Shown here: in pieces, positions 38,243 to 51,553 of the stretch
How the letters are laid out: every line of letters begins with the position of its first letter
Position numbering within the stretch: position 1 is the first letter of the stretch
Assembly: GCF_964204645.1 (NCBI RefSeq)
Contig: NC_134034.1
Location: 9,746,962 to 9,810,961 of the forward strand
Direction: 5' to 3'
Source of the DNA: Tubulanus polymorphus
Taxonomy: Eukaryota; Animalia; Nemertea
DNA: 64,000 nucleotides
The notes under the pieces: model-generated
The model's database searches: none
What the model saw: the letters and a program-made list of their open reading frames with translations, nothing else
What the model was told of the DNA's origin: nothing
Position numbers and translations under genes: made by a program

Positions 38243-39442
38243 TTATTTTCTCATATAACGCGCTCTTACAAAGTGTAATCAGTGCACTTTACATCGGTAT
38301 AAAATAAATATGAGCTGATAAAATTGTAATCTAAAACGCTTGGAGAAGAAATTTTTTAAGTTAAATTTTTCAGGTGACTAAGATTAGTATAATAGTTCAT
38401 ATAAATAGTTCAATAGTTCATTTGTTTATTCGATAACCGCCTAATTTGTTAGGAAAAAAAATCCCGGCCAAAACACTGTACCGATTAAGGCATAGTTTAC
38501 CGAATTTCTCTTAATCGAAGTAGTTTTGGAGGAGTTTAACGCGTTTTGTTCGAATAAAAGGAGCGTCAAGCAGCGAATTGAAAGTATTTTCAATTTAGAG
38601 GTTTTCTTTTAAACGAATCGACCAGTCGTATAGGGACGCGTCACTCGCTACGAGAATAAAGCAACGACTCCTCGAACACTTCGTCAGTTGTAGTGTTATC
38701 GCGCAAATAATATCTCAAAAGGTTTTCGTATGAATCAGCGCGGGAAGCCTGTAGGCTTTCACCGAGCCCTAAACAAACTGCGTACTTGTTGTACTTTAAC
38801 GCATTTTTATCGAGCTGACAGTTTTTTTTCGATCTCTTTCCCGGACACGTTCTTTCACACGCAGGGATTTTCAAATGAAAAAAAGTAATCGCATGAAAAG
38901 TACGAGAGTCGAGTGCAAGCGAACAGACATGGGGGAGATCTAGAGGAAGAGATAAGTGATAGAAGAAATGAGGAGGGCGCGCAAAGATTGCGAGGGAGTG
39001 GGAGAGAGTGGGAGGGATAGAAAGAAGGAGCCCGGGAAAAGGGAGATGTTCATAGTTCGTTTTCACAAGTGGCTCAAGAAAATTCAGACTCCCCTAAAAC
39101 GATGCTGGGCGACACGTGAATAACTCTAATAGTATTATCATCAGTAGCTCAGGTCAACTTACGACCCGATCAGATCATCCGATCAGAATGATCTGCAATT
39201 TTTTCATCGGGAACCATTTCGACATGACTTTACTTACGACCACAAGGGATTGATCGCAGACCCATCGTAAGTGAAATCACGAGGATAGAACAAGTTCTAT
39301 TTCCTATGACCAGGACAGAACGTCAGATCGCCAATCAGCGACGCGTATTGCGTCGCATACCTTAACTTTTAAACTCAGCGATGATCGAGTAAAGGTCAAC
39401 TTATTAGAGTGAACTTAAGATCACGAGACCAACGAAAGTTGG

Positions 39443-39543
39443 CGGGTCGAGATGGTCGGGTCGAGATGGTCGGGTCGAGATGGTCGGGTCGAGATGGTCG
39501 GATCGAGATGGTCGAGTCGAGATGGTCGGGTCGAGCTGGTCGA
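39443..39543. repeat. 14-bp tandem repeat (gggtcgagatggtc)
   Basis: 7 copies. Confidence 0.9.
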
Positions 39544-39889
39544 CCGTAGGTTGTACAGCCAATGATTCTTGGACTTAGTGATGAACGCTCAACTGGGCCC
39601 ATCAGGGCTCATGTAAAAACAGGTCCATAAAACACGCCCCGTATAGTAACAAATACAAGACACCTCGAAAAAAACTTCCTAATTTACATGAAATAACCTT
39701 GAATCAGTACCGACTTACCCGGCATATAAAAAAAAATGTGCGTAGTCTGAATCGAGGACATGTCATAGAAACAATTCATTTTTTTCTTTTTCCGCAATCC
39801 TTTGAATTCAGTTGAGTAAGTAGCACTCGACGACGACGAAGTTATTGGCAATTTATTTCGATGCCAGTTACGCTGGAATACATGAGATC

Positions 39890-40077
39890 AGAGAGAGAGG
39901 GGAGAGGGGAGAGGGGAGAGGGGAGGGGAGAGGGAGGGGAGAGGGAGGGGAGAGGGAGGGATAGGGAGGGATAGGGAGGGAGGGAGAGATAGGGAGGGAG
40001 GGAGGGAGGGAGAGATAGGGAGGGAGGGAGGGAGGGAGGGAGGGAGGGAGGGAGGGAGGGAGGGAGGGAGGGAGAGG
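39890..40077. repeat. Polypurine (GGGA)n tract
   Basis: Nearly pure G/A, about 190 bp. Confidence 0.95.
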
Positions 40078-40443
40078 GTCCTCTATTGCCGCAGTAGATG
40101 ATGTCCTACTGCACAATAGCGACACCTGGCGGAGCCTCACTTGCCACCAGTGAAATCCTCTCTTTTGAAATCGAAACTTTGTTTCAACCATGGACGTATA
40201 GACTAGAACGTCCATGTTTCAACGCACCACCGGACTGGCAAGTCACCTTATATATAACAATACAAAATCTACCAGATTGTGTAACAATAGTCGATACACA
40301 ATACACGGGCATTTTTTCAGTGAATCCATTATCATCGACTAACTGTGATAAGGTATAAAAACATATATAAAAACCATGTATAACAGGGTTATCGGGTTAT
40401 CTATTTAAACAGCTGGTTTAACACATCTACTGGTTTGCCATTC

Positions 40444-40564
<121 letters not shown>

Positions 40565-41408
40565 ACTACTACAATGCACTTAACTTAAGAATGATTTGAA
40601 TATTGCATTTGTTAGTAATTTTTAACCTGCCATATTGATCCGCATATAGATCGGCTGACACAATAGCCGTCGTCATCGAGTTCAAGCTAGCGCCAGTTAG
40701 TGCTTTCTAGAGACGTGTACCTCAAACGGACCAAAGCATCGGACCATCGCTGGTCCGACAGGACATAACACCGCTATCTCAATAGGCGATAAAACGAAGT
40801 TATACATATAGGGCCTACGAAAAGACGGTCAGTCCTAAAATTTATAACAAATCGGATTGGCCTTTTCGGTCAGTCCTAATCGGACCAATTTAAAACGGAC
40901 AATTCGTTAGTGCGGCCGTCGAGTTCTAAATCGGACTAAATATAGAACGTTTTGAATTATATTGCAGCTAATGATAAGCAATTACAGGAACAACCCTCTG
41001 AGTCTAAACGTTTAAGTACTCTCCGTTTAAAAGCGCCACTACACCCATGCAGTTATCGTTCTAAGAATATCGCCAGAGAATTTCGAGAATCTCGAAAACC
41101 AAGGTTTCACGATATCACATTTCCCGTCAACGGCGACGATCAACTGATAACGGAACCCGAACGGAATTATAACCCGGTGATTTAAGAGTTTCTATGGAAA
41201 CAATGGGATTTATTAGATGACGCGATGAACAGCGCCGCTGGTATGGAATTTCCGTTAACGCCGAACAGAATGCGGAAGGTACGCATTACACGCGCTAAAT
41301 TTGTCAGTCGTTGAGACGGGGAGTTTCAGACGGAGTTGTTTGACAAAAACTCAATGAAGTTTTCTGACTTGTTTACTCGGTCTACTGGAAATGTATATGA
41401 ACTAGCGT

Positions 41409-42368
41409 TAGAATTTTACCGGTCTCAGCTTTACCGCAGTAAGAGACAGAGTCTACTGTATTTCACAAACTCTTACTCAGTATTTGACACAAACTCGGGG
41501 TAGAATTTTACCGGTCTCAGCTTTACCGCAGTAAGAGACAGAGTCTACTGTATTTCACAAACTCTTACTCAGTATTTGACACCATCTCGGGGTAGAATTT
41601 TACCAGTCTCAACTTTACCGCAGTAAAAGACAGAGTCTACTGTATTTCACAAACTCTTACTCAGTATTTGACACAAACTAGGGTTAGAATTTTATCGGTC
41701 TCAACTTTACCGCAGTAAGAGACAGAGTCTACTGTATTTCACAAACTCTTACTCAGTATTTGACACAAACTCGGGGTAGAATTTTACCAGTCTCAATTTT
41801 ACCGCAGTAAGAGACAGCGTCTACTGTATTTCACAAACTCTTACTCAGTATTTGACACCAACTCGGGGTGGAATTTTACCGGTCTCAACTTTACCGCAGT
41901 AAAAGACAGAGTCTACTGTATTTCACAAACTCTTACTCAGTATTTGACACAAACTCGGGGTAGAATTTTACCGGCCTCAACTTTACCGCAGTAAGAGACA
42001 GAGTCTACTGTATTTCACAAACTCTTACTCAGTATTTGACACAAACTCGGGGTAGAATTTTACCGGTCTCAATTTTACCGCAGTAAGAGACAGAGTCTAC
42101 TGTATTTCACAAACTCTTACTCAGTATTTGACACAAACTCGGGGTAGAATTTTACCAGTCTCAATTTTACCGCAGTAAGAGACAGAGTCTACTGTATTTC
42201 GCAAACTCTTACTCAGTATTTGACACCAACTCGGGGTGGAATTTTACCGGTCTCAACTTTACCGCAGTAAAAGACAGAGTCTACTGTATTTCACAAACTC
42301 TTACTCAGTATTTGACACAAACTCGGGGTAGAATTTTACCGGCCTCAACTTTATCGCAGTAAGAGGCA
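41409..42368 (+). repeat. 92-bp tandem array
   Basis: tagaattttaccggtctcaactttaccgcagtaagagacagagtctactgtatttcacaaactcttactcagtatttgacacaaactcgggg, about 10.5 copies. Confidence 0.95.
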
Positions 42369-44464
42369 GAATATTAGACGACATCTCCGTTATTATCGAG
42401 GAATCTCATCAGACCGAAGAGGCGAGAAGAATCTTACCAAAAAAACGCGAACGACAACACAACGTTGAGCTTCGCAGGCGCCACCCACGATATATTCGAC
42501 GCATGCAGCTGCGAGGTGTGACGTGCAGGAAATGTCTCTCTTCACCCGGCGAGGGAAAGAAGTTACAGGCATGCGCGACGGCGGCGTTATATTACCTGGG
42601 AAATCGAACAGATGCGAATGAGACGAGATGCTCAGTAATGATATACATGGCGCATTTCTTATAGAAAGGTCGCACAAAAAACGCCCAACGATTTTTAACG
42701 GGACCAGCTCGTGAAAAACTAATTCGTCGAAGTTCGCGAAACTTTTTTTTTTTTAAATTTTCCTCGCGCTTAGGAAGAAACGAGTTGTCCTAAATTCGTC
42801 CCGATTGAAGATCAGTGATAAGTCTAGAACCCGCTGCATACAAAATCTCAAATCCAATTTTGTGTATCGAAACCGAAAATCTAAAATATGACGCAACGCT
42901 GACTAGAGATCGTTGTCACGTATGAGGAATTTACTAAAACCGAGGGTCGTACATGGAAATGAACTAGGTAAATTCCTGAGTAGATACGTAATTAGTAGTT
43001 TGCAAGGCATTTGTTCGAAGTAATTTACATACTCACGGAGCATCTCAACATCTCTATAACTTGAACTTGAACTTTAATTTTATTGCTCCATATAATATAC
43101 AAGTTACATAGGAAATGACATGCAATAAAATATTAACATCAAAACACAGGAAAAACAGTAGAAAAGTGGACATACATTTACGATGGATAACATAGGAATA
43201 GAGAATATTAATTCTATATTAGGATTATAATAATATTAATCATAATATTAATTCTATATTAGGATTCTAATATTAGGATTTCTCTATAGTTACTTCAATC
43301 GGAATAACGCGCCGCAGAAGTGGGTGGGTGGTCGACGGTTTTGGCGTTTGAAGGCCGTTCACGGGCTGGGCGCGATCGTTGAAGACCGAACTATCGATCA
43401 TAGCTACTGAGAATTCCAACCTGCTCTCAAGTAACAGGCGCTGTTTAGATATGAGCATTTGACAGTAACCCGAGCTGTAGATTTAATCGCCTATTTTCCA
43501 GATGATGTTGGTATTTCAGATTTATTCTATTCTTATCGTTTTTATCTTGCTTTTATAAAGTCTATTAGAGTTTAATTTTTCGATCCATATTTTCTATTAA
43601 ATGTCGCGATCAAAACGTCAGAAGAACTTATCTCTGCGTGTCGTCTCTCGTTAGTTCCAACTTTAGGGCATGTTTCTAATCAAAGGGCGGGGTGGGGTAA
43701 CAAACAATTAGACAGTTAATCCCGATTGAAATTTTGAGGCGCTCCCTCGGAAAGAGGGAGATTAGCCATTAGCTGAATGACATGTAAATCGGTACCAAAA
43801 ATTCTGTAAACGCGACTGACGACTATCCGACTATTGTCCATAATAAATATCCCCCAGGTAAAAACATGATATCCTTACGTTGTTCCACTGACTGTTAATT
43901 AATGTATCAATAATATAAATTCATTGACCTGAAGATTGTATCTACTTACACTCCATTCAAAAGGAGGGGGATTTTTACCTACTTAGAAGAATTGCAGAAT
44001 TTTACGTAGGGGATTTTTACCAAGGGGATTTTTACTGCTAACCTGCAAGTGTGGTAGGATATACACACCAAATTATAGGAAACTTTTTTTCGAAAAACTC
44101 TCAAAAATTCACGCAGTTTCGAGTGGCTAGTAAGAATAGTAAGAAGAATTTCTCATAAGACTTCCGCGGAGATTCGGGGCGCGTAAGAAAATGATTCTTC
44201 AACACTTTGCTCAATCTGGCGATATTCATCAAACAAGAAAATTAATTTTAGAAAATTATTTGACGCCTGGGAAAAAAATGTAGAATTTCTGGGCTAAGCT
44301 AATGTGGAATTGCAAATTTGAAATCGAAGTTTTAAGAAATTTGGGGAATGATGAGATTTGGCGATTGGGTAGATGATACAGGTCTTCGACTCTAGTAGTG
44401 GTTTAAATTTTTTTATTGAAAATTCTCAATAATTGATCGCGAACTTGCGACCGACTTCATTTAC

Positions 44465-44813
44465 TTATGCCTCTAAGCTGGTCTGCAACTTCATTGCCTC
44501 CATGGATGAAGAAAGAGCTCTTCTGATGTCTGCTTCATTATGACTTCGAGCATATCGTGTGGCCTAGCCAGCCGGCCCGGTCCCCGGGCCCGGGCCACGC
44601 GTTTGGCTGTCACTCGATTTCCTAGAGTCTTGAGTCTGGGTGGGTTGAAGTAGACATTGTCATTTAAAATAACATGCTTATGTTGTTCTGTATGAATTAC
44701 CCGTGTGTCATGTATGTTGTATTAATTTATTTTAAAATTTGTATTTATTGAATTTGGGAATTTTATCCCGGAATTTCAATGTAATAAGGATCAATAAAGA
44801 ATTGAATTGAATT
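44465..44813 (+). mobile_element. Probable 5'-truncated non-LTR retrotransposon 3' end
   Basis: Short ORF end ASKLVCNFIASMDEERALLMSASL*, GC-rich hairpin, AATAAA and (GAATT)n tail. Confidence 0.4.
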
Positions 44814-45908
44814 GTCACCTAATACACATGCCATCAGAGGACACGGAGCCATATATGACAGCTATGCTATTATAAATTGCTAATCTCATGAAACTTGCAT
44901 ACTCCTAATATCAAACATATTTTCACAAACGATTGAATATTGAAATTATATGTTTACACATTTTCATATTAACCGCTTGTAGCCACTGATGAAATTTACG
45001 CCGGCCCTACACACATCGTAGATAGCTTCGTCATTCCACCGGCATGCCCACGTCAGGGTCTGACTTTTATATCGGACTTCCGCATCGTGTATACATCCGC
45101 CATTTAACCGAATAATCCGATTTACTTATCATTTCTATTTATGCCTGCCGCTTCTGATATAATCATACATCCTTTACTATTACAATACGTCTTCTAATGA
45201 TATTCAATGCAATATAACATTTCGACGTTCAAATATAGGTCATTATATAATCACAGGAAGCCATTCTACATCTATGTCAATAATATTTTGCCAGATAGCT
45301 TGTTTTTGTACACATAAACCTGTGAAGTTTTGCACATCGATTTACGGCTGTCGTTTGTAAAATGACGCTGAATGGTTAGCATTGTTTAGGTTTCATAATG
45401 GTAACGTTTTATAAGGCGTCAAAAAAGGTATCAAATCATTTACTTAATATAGTGTATAATAATATCGGATCTCGATACTACAATTCCGCCTCATCTTTTG
45501 CATTATAACTTCATTATAATTATAATCATTATTATTATTAGTATTATATTATTACTATCACTATTATTATTATTATTTTTATTATTATCATAATTGTTAT
45601 TATTATTAATATAATTATTATTAATACTATCATTACATTTTGTGTAATATGCTGTAATCTATGCGTTACTTTTGTGCTCCGCGCAATGTTATCATAACTT
45701 GTGGAGTGAATTAACTAAACTAAAACTGAACTGAAACAAATCGTACAATGACCGGGCAACGACGTCTGCCCGTGAAAAAATTCGGCCTGTGCAATTTTTA
45801 CTCGGCCAATTATCTCCACGAACGACTGAACAACTGCACTGGCCCGGTTAACTGACACAATTGCCGATAAAAATATGGTATTTCGAATAATAACAAGCAC
45901 ATACTCAC

Positions 45909-46017
45909 CGGTTTTTTATTTCGAACGCAAGATTATATAACATATATATTGTCTGTTGTTCGACCTCCAGACTTCTTTCTCAATAAGAGCCGCGTGTGGG
46001 ATGAATCCAGTTTACGC
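45909..46017 (-). other. Candidate non-coding 5' UTR exon (probably EcR)
   Basis: Strong acceptor tttttatattttaacag| and donor CCG|gtgagt bracket 109 nt with no recognisable coding content. Confidence 0.55.
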
Positions 46018-46437
46018 CTGTTAAAATATAAAAACCTACAATCAACCAAACAGGTGACCGAATAAGTCCGATACGCGCCGCTCGGGATACAGTTAGACCT
46101 AAAACCAGTTCATTCGCGAATTTTCAACCTGAAAAATAATGCTCCATGCAAGAAAAGTGTAAATGGATGGTACTACCTCAATACATTTGATCTAGGCTCT
46201 AGGGTGCAAGCACATTTCGTAACATAAAGGTGGGTTAGGCTCTAGGACGGCCCATAAGCTTACATTTTAAGGTAGGGTCCAGGATTATAATCCACGTATG
46301 TTTATGGCAGCAGGGTAGGGTTCAAGGGCGCATTCGAAAAAAAATGCAAAAAATTATTAGTATATAAAAGAAATCACTATCAGCGGCGTTCTTTCCAATG
46401 ACGCTCTTATCCTTAAAACAATAACAATTGTTTCCCA

Positions 46438-46731
46438 TTAACCCTTTCAGTGCTGACTAATTAATACCCTATAGTGCTGGAGATAATTTGAAAATTCTAA
46501 AAATTCCACCCGAGTGTGTTGAATAACGGGAATAGCACTATAGTGCGTATACACTGCGGCGCGGGGTATCGTTAGTTACTTATATTTCACTATGTTTGAC
46601 AGGTGCTGCCATCTTCAATAGAGATAAAATCTAATTACTAATTACATCAATACACTGCAGTGCGGTGTACTAGCAAAATCTATCACTGATTTATACACCG
46701 CACTGCGGTGTAGACGCACTGAAAGGGTTAA
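46438..46731 (-). mobile_element. piggyBac-type MITE, copy 7
   Basis: Reverse copy with TTAA TSDs. Confidence 0.85.
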
Positions 46732-47900
46732 TCCCTAATCCCTAATTGAAAATAGCTGTAACAACGGAACGTTACTGCGATATGAACATGGGTAATTAAT
46801 CAATACAATCGATGAAACAATCGCAAAACCCACGTTAATTCACGAATTTGTTGATAATATGTTTTTAAAACAAGCCTCATGAGGAATCAGTCGAGGGTAA
46901 TAATATCCATGATCATGGACTCTTCGTTTTAGGGTCCACGGTAAAATCACGCAATAAATGGATCTATAGCTGAAAAGTTTATACAAAATATTTGAAATAT
47001 TCTACCACCCTTCTTCGGTCTAAAAAGAGAATAAATTGCTGCGAGATATTTTTTCTTTCCGATTTAGAAATAGGGATGACTTTTTCCCATCTTACTGATA
47101 TGATTCCACGGTGTTGGAATCGTAGCGACTGTGCCGGTCAAAGCTGCGACAATAATTTACTGTATTCGACATTCTTTTTTTTCGTTGGATACCACATTTT
47201 TGACGAAATTGAAGTAAATTCGCCGCGGCAACCGTATTAGAACTTGTCGAAAATCAGCAATCAAAAATTGCTTCCAACGGGCGACTGTCGAATAGTACAA
47301 TAACCACCATCAAACGTGGTGAACAGATAATAAGATAAAAACCCACTATCTACAACCCCAGGGCTATACTCTCATCTGGAAAATTTGCGTTTCGAAATGT
47401 GCTTTCTTCCTAGTCAACACGCAGGACAATCAACTTAGAGGATTTCTACATCAACATCTACCCGAGACAAAACCCACAATAAACTATCGGACTATTTACA
47501 CGTAGAAACGACCAAAAAAATATAAAAGTGGACAAAATTATCTTCAACCTTGTAATATAGCTATTTCCAGAATCTCAATGTATTAAATTAGGCAGCCAGA
47601 AAAATTCATCCCAATCAGTTGCTTGCCGGTTCAGACTGAATGGAAGATTGTTTGGATGAACCGGAACCGAATTTCCAATTATGTACTTCGATTTAAAAAT
47701 ATTCTGTTAACTCGACCACCGATCACACAACTATATCTGTACTTCGATTTCCGATTTCAAAATCAAACCCCCTGTTTCGCTCCCGGCAGGTGTGGTGGGT
47801 CTGTAAGGGACACTCAATCGAAAAATCAAACGAAATTTACCAACCAAATAAACAACAGGGACAATCCCTATTTTAAGACCAAAAAAAAAAAAAAAAAAAA

Positions 47901-48074
47901 GAATTTTAAAATCGAGAATTTATTTAATTAAACAATCTAGAATATAAAACACACGACGTTTCGATCTCACCCTAGAGATCATCATCAGGTGTGACGATAA
48001 TCTTTAGGGTGAGATCGAACGAACGTCCTATATTTTGGATTATTTGAATAAATAAATTCTCAATTTTAAAATTC
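47901..48074. mobile_element. Foldback (inverted pseudo-LTR) remnant of a Penelope-like element
   Basis: Two ~85-bp arms in inverted orientation (gaattttaaaat...gagaatttattta / taaataaattctc...attttaaaattc), each carrying a hammerhead-like core; the right-arm core is degenerate. Confidence 0.65.
47950..47993 (-). ncRNA. Minimal type I hammerhead ribozyme motif (Penelope-like)
   Basis: Minus strand reads CACAC-CUGAUGA-U-GAUCUC(UAGGGU)GAGAUC-GAAAC-GUC/GUGUG: intact core, 5-bp stem I, 6-bp stem II, minimal palindromic stem III. Confidence 0.7.
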
Positions 48075-48375
48075 TTTAAATTTGTACCCAGCGACTGTTA
48101 AATGATTACTAAGTTATTCGTCCGCCCTTACAAAACCACCGTCAGAACTGCCTGGAACAAAACAGGGGCTAGCGAAATGAAACATCAGACAATGTCTTAT
48201 TTACGTGTTTCAATCTATTTCACCTTAGCCTATCCCATAAAAAGTAATCGTCCTCCCAAGTCATACTTTAATCTTTCCAACGTGTTGAATTGGCTGGAAT
48301 AGGAATGTTTGAATGACTCAAATTTCTATTCAACTTAGTTATTACCGCTCTATGAACGATTACAGCGGTTTGAAA

Positions 48376-48388
48376 AGTTCATTGACCT
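48376..48388. promoter_or_regulatory. Perfect IR1 nuclear receptor response element (EcRE/FXRE type)
   Basis: AGTTCA-T-TGACCT matches RG(G/T)TCA-N-TGA(A/C)CY at every position. Confidence 0.55.
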
Positions 48389-48570
48389 TTCGCTCCGTAA
48401 GTGTAACACGGCACAACATACACAGGGTAATAAATAAACTTGTAGAGCGTTCAATCTTTGTCGGTGGGCGGAATATACCATTCAATACTATAAATGACAC
48501 CCCTCGACGGAATCCCGTTACATGAACTTCAATATCATTCTCGCAAACATTTTAATTCGATCTTACTTAC

Positions 48571-48720
48571 GCGTTTAACTCGTGGTTGCTGTAAAAAACT
48601 TCATTTCTACAAGTTACGCATCCAGTGCTTGAGAGTAGCTGTCAATAAATATTCACTTCCTGGTTAGTTTTCGTTTTCACGCACGGTGGCGACACTAGAC
48701 GGTGTTGTTGCGCCCGGAGT
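48571..48720 (-). promoter_or_regulatory. Candidate distal promoter and non-coding first exon (probably EcR)
   Basis: Donor CGC|gtaagt at 48570; ETS-like CCAGGAAGTG (48663-48654); CpG-rich unique sequence; no competing minus-strand coding gene seen between here and EcR. Confidence 0.45.
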
Positions 48721-49229
48721 TAACAGAGAAACTGACACTGAGGTCTCGCGTCCTAAACCTGGCGTGACAGCACCGATTCCGAACAAGGAAATCATCTTTA
48801 AAGAAACGATGGCGACTCGGAGAAAATATGCCATAAGCCGTAAGGGCTGGCGGAGCAGTCCTACCTACGGCGACTTGGTCGCATCAATGATTTCCCAAAT
48901 CAGTCCCGAACTGATTTCCACCACGGCAAAAATTTCAATTTCCAGGAAAATGCATCTATGAGTAAATCAATTTTAATTTTTAGATTTTAAGGGCCCTAGA
49001 CACGGATCTTCGTTCTTTCGGCGCTCGCTGGCGACACCTCCTCACCGGCGTTTAAACTAAGTTCCGGCACTAATCCGTTGGTCACCAATCCCAAGTCATG
49101 CTTTCGCCGGCCCGCATTCTAATCGTTTTGCGCTGTATAATATGAATAGGCCCTAACAGGGATAGGCGCCCTAGAACTGTGATTTAGAGTTCCGACCATT
49201 ACAGCGCAAAACGCCGGAACGTTAGACTT

Positions 49230-49860
49230 TTGATTTGATTTGAACACTTTATTTTTCAAATATAATTTACAGCATAGTGTACAAAGCATAATACAAAATA
49301 CAGTAAATTAGACCTGGAGGGGTCTGTAGAAACTAAGGAATAGTTTTTATAAAACAGGTCCCTCAAAAGAGAAAAGAAAAAAAGAGAAATGCAATAAAGA
49401 AAATAATATGCTGACAGTCAACCCTTAACACACAAAATGCAAACAAAGTAAACTATGATAACAGCTTGATTAAGATGTAATCATTTAATGAGCCAGTTGT
49501 TTTCGGTAATATTTCAAAAACAATAATTTTAGTTCGAATAACTATATGATATAATCAAGCACAAAGTTGCTTTCTATAATTTCTTAGGAACAGTTTAGAA
49601 TTTTCCAGGTTTTTCAGATTCTCACTGATGTTATTCCAAAGTAAAGGGCCGGATACTTTTACTGAAAATTTTCTTCTTTGACTATTGAAAGAAAGTGTTT
49701 GTAAATCTTGACGTCGCTGAGTATTATGACGGTGGATTTGAAAATTTTGGCTCCAATAATTTTCGAATGATTTCGGTAATTCGGAGTGGACAAATCTGTA
49801 TATAAAAGTACCTAGCTGAAGTTTATTAATATCTTTGAGCTTGAGGATATTAAACTAGAA
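49230..49860 (-). mobile_element. CR1-group (Crack/L2-like) LINE 3' end
   Basis: FNILKLKDINKLQLGTFIYRF...HNTQRR...SVKVSGPLLWNNISENLK...*, stop at 49555; AATAAA and (CAAAT)n tail. Confidence 0.75.
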
Positions 49861-50448
49861 AAGAATCATATACCGACAAAAAATTTTAAAAATATCAAAG
49901 AAAATCATCTTTCTGTGACAATCCTTTAATAGATGGTGCCACGATTATGAATTTCATTTGGGTCTCACAAAATCCAGTAGTTATTGTAATGTTGATTTTG
50001 AAAGAGGTGGCCTAACAATAGAAATACGCTGAGACCGTTGGGGAACAGACCAGGCCCGTTGAGTCGTGAGGAAAACATGCGGGTTGTTTCGCTTTTAAAT
50101 TAGTTAGAATTATTCAATGCTTTTTTTCTGATTTGACGATTTCTGTTGATATAACGAAGTATCATTATAAATAAATAAATATATTTATTAATAAATCTTT
50201 TTTAATCTTATAAATAAATCTGATTTACGTTTTTCATGTAGTTAGTTGTAGCCTGGTGTAACGTTTCTGTTTCAGGGGCGGGTCCACGGGGGACTTATGA
50301 GACTTCTACAAAATCTATCATTTTTTAGAATATTTTTCAAATATTTAACATTTTCAAGATAATTAGTGAATTTCAGACCGGTAGTGCCCCTAATATTGCC
50401 GTAGTGGACACCGCTAACGGCCTGGAGAAGGATATCTGCGATACAGTT

Positions 50449-51212
50449 CTAGATTTGTCCTTCGTGACGACGCCTTCTATTAATCATAATTTCGACCAGA
50501 GCGATGAAATACCCGCTTACAATTCCGAACAACAGATAAATCGCTATCCCCGAGTACGTGGTTAGTTCTAGAGGTCGGAACACCCCCGGCCCTCCTTCCG
50601 ATGAGCCCCTGGGCCGTTCAGCCACACCGTCACAGTCCTCTCCCCACCAAATCCTTTTCAATTCGTCAATTTTCCCGCTTTCTATAAGTTCCAAAATCGC
50701 CAAATTGATCAAGTGTAAATACTTGGATTCGATGGGCAACGCGAACGCCAAGCCCGGCACGGAGCGGATATCACTGACGGCCAGACCCTCGCCGCCACAA
50801 GGCCAACCTCGTCGTTTCATGTGATACCGCAAACTGGCGCCGTTGTCTACCAGCGCGAAGGATTCGAACCCTACCCTACTCAGACCGGACTCGATAGATT
50901 TCGATAGTAGGGTCGGGTGCTCCTGCATCTTGGCGAATACGCGGCCTAGGCGACTCGTCTCGTATCTATAGGCGCCATTTCGGTGCATCTCGCTACCCGC
51001 AACCATCCCGTATCTGAGTCCGGGCACTTTATCGGCGACGATGTCGTCAAAACTGGGTATCGCGTAGGTCTTTATCCCGACCGGTTGTTCAGCTTTTATC
51101 GTGGCGTACTGATTCAGAAATACGATATAAATCGAAAAAGTAGCTACGGAAAACCCCCACCAGGTGGTCATCAGAATTCGCGTCGACCAATTCGAAGCGT
51201 GGTCGTGATTGC
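50449..51212 (-). CDS. Divergent ionotropic receptor exon 6 (M3, S2, M4, short C-tail)
   Basis: ttttcag|GC AAT... reads STRILMTTWWGFS...INLAILELIESGKIDELKRIWWGEDC...LELTTYSGIAIYLLFG...HEGQI*. Spliced CDS totals 1515 nt (504 aa). AATAAA on the minus strand at 50189-50184. Confidence 0.93.
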
Positions 51213-51488
51213 CTGAAAATAATAGACAAAAAGGAGTTTTGATTATTCTGTATCCTATTGCGCATGCTCATACTTTACTCAAAAATGGTAAATTTTTCAA
51301 TCAGAATTGTGGTCTCTAGGGTCCAGAGGGTTAGGGTCTAAAGAGGGCCCAGAAGGTTAGGATTAGAGTTACGGGTTAGGAGAGACCCCACTAGTGCACG
51401 GGCAGCGGGTAATCCCTGGTCTAGGGTCATTGTAATAGGGTTTGTTAGGGTAAGGCCATAAATAGTGAAACCAGTGCTGTTCTGGTAG

Positions 51489-51553
51489 GTTGCCTCATGG
51501 CTCAGTGGGTAGAGCGTTATGCTTGCACGCCGGTGCTTTTCAGATCGAGACCC
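51489..51553 (+). pseudogene. Degenerate tRNA-like (Ala TGC-like) fragment or SINE head in IR intron 5
   Basis: A box TGGCTCAGTGGGTAGAGCG, loop gcttgcacgc, decayed B box agatcgagaccc. Confidence 0.4.

Noticed and set aside
48686-48961. 91-aa plus-strand ORF as a divergent protein-coding gene
   Set aside because: No recognisable homology and no downstream plus-strand exons found.
51320-51455. Interstitial telomeric repeats (TTAGGG-like; also 46195-46325)
   Set aside because: Scattered degenerate words rather than a tandem array; more likely TE-internal.
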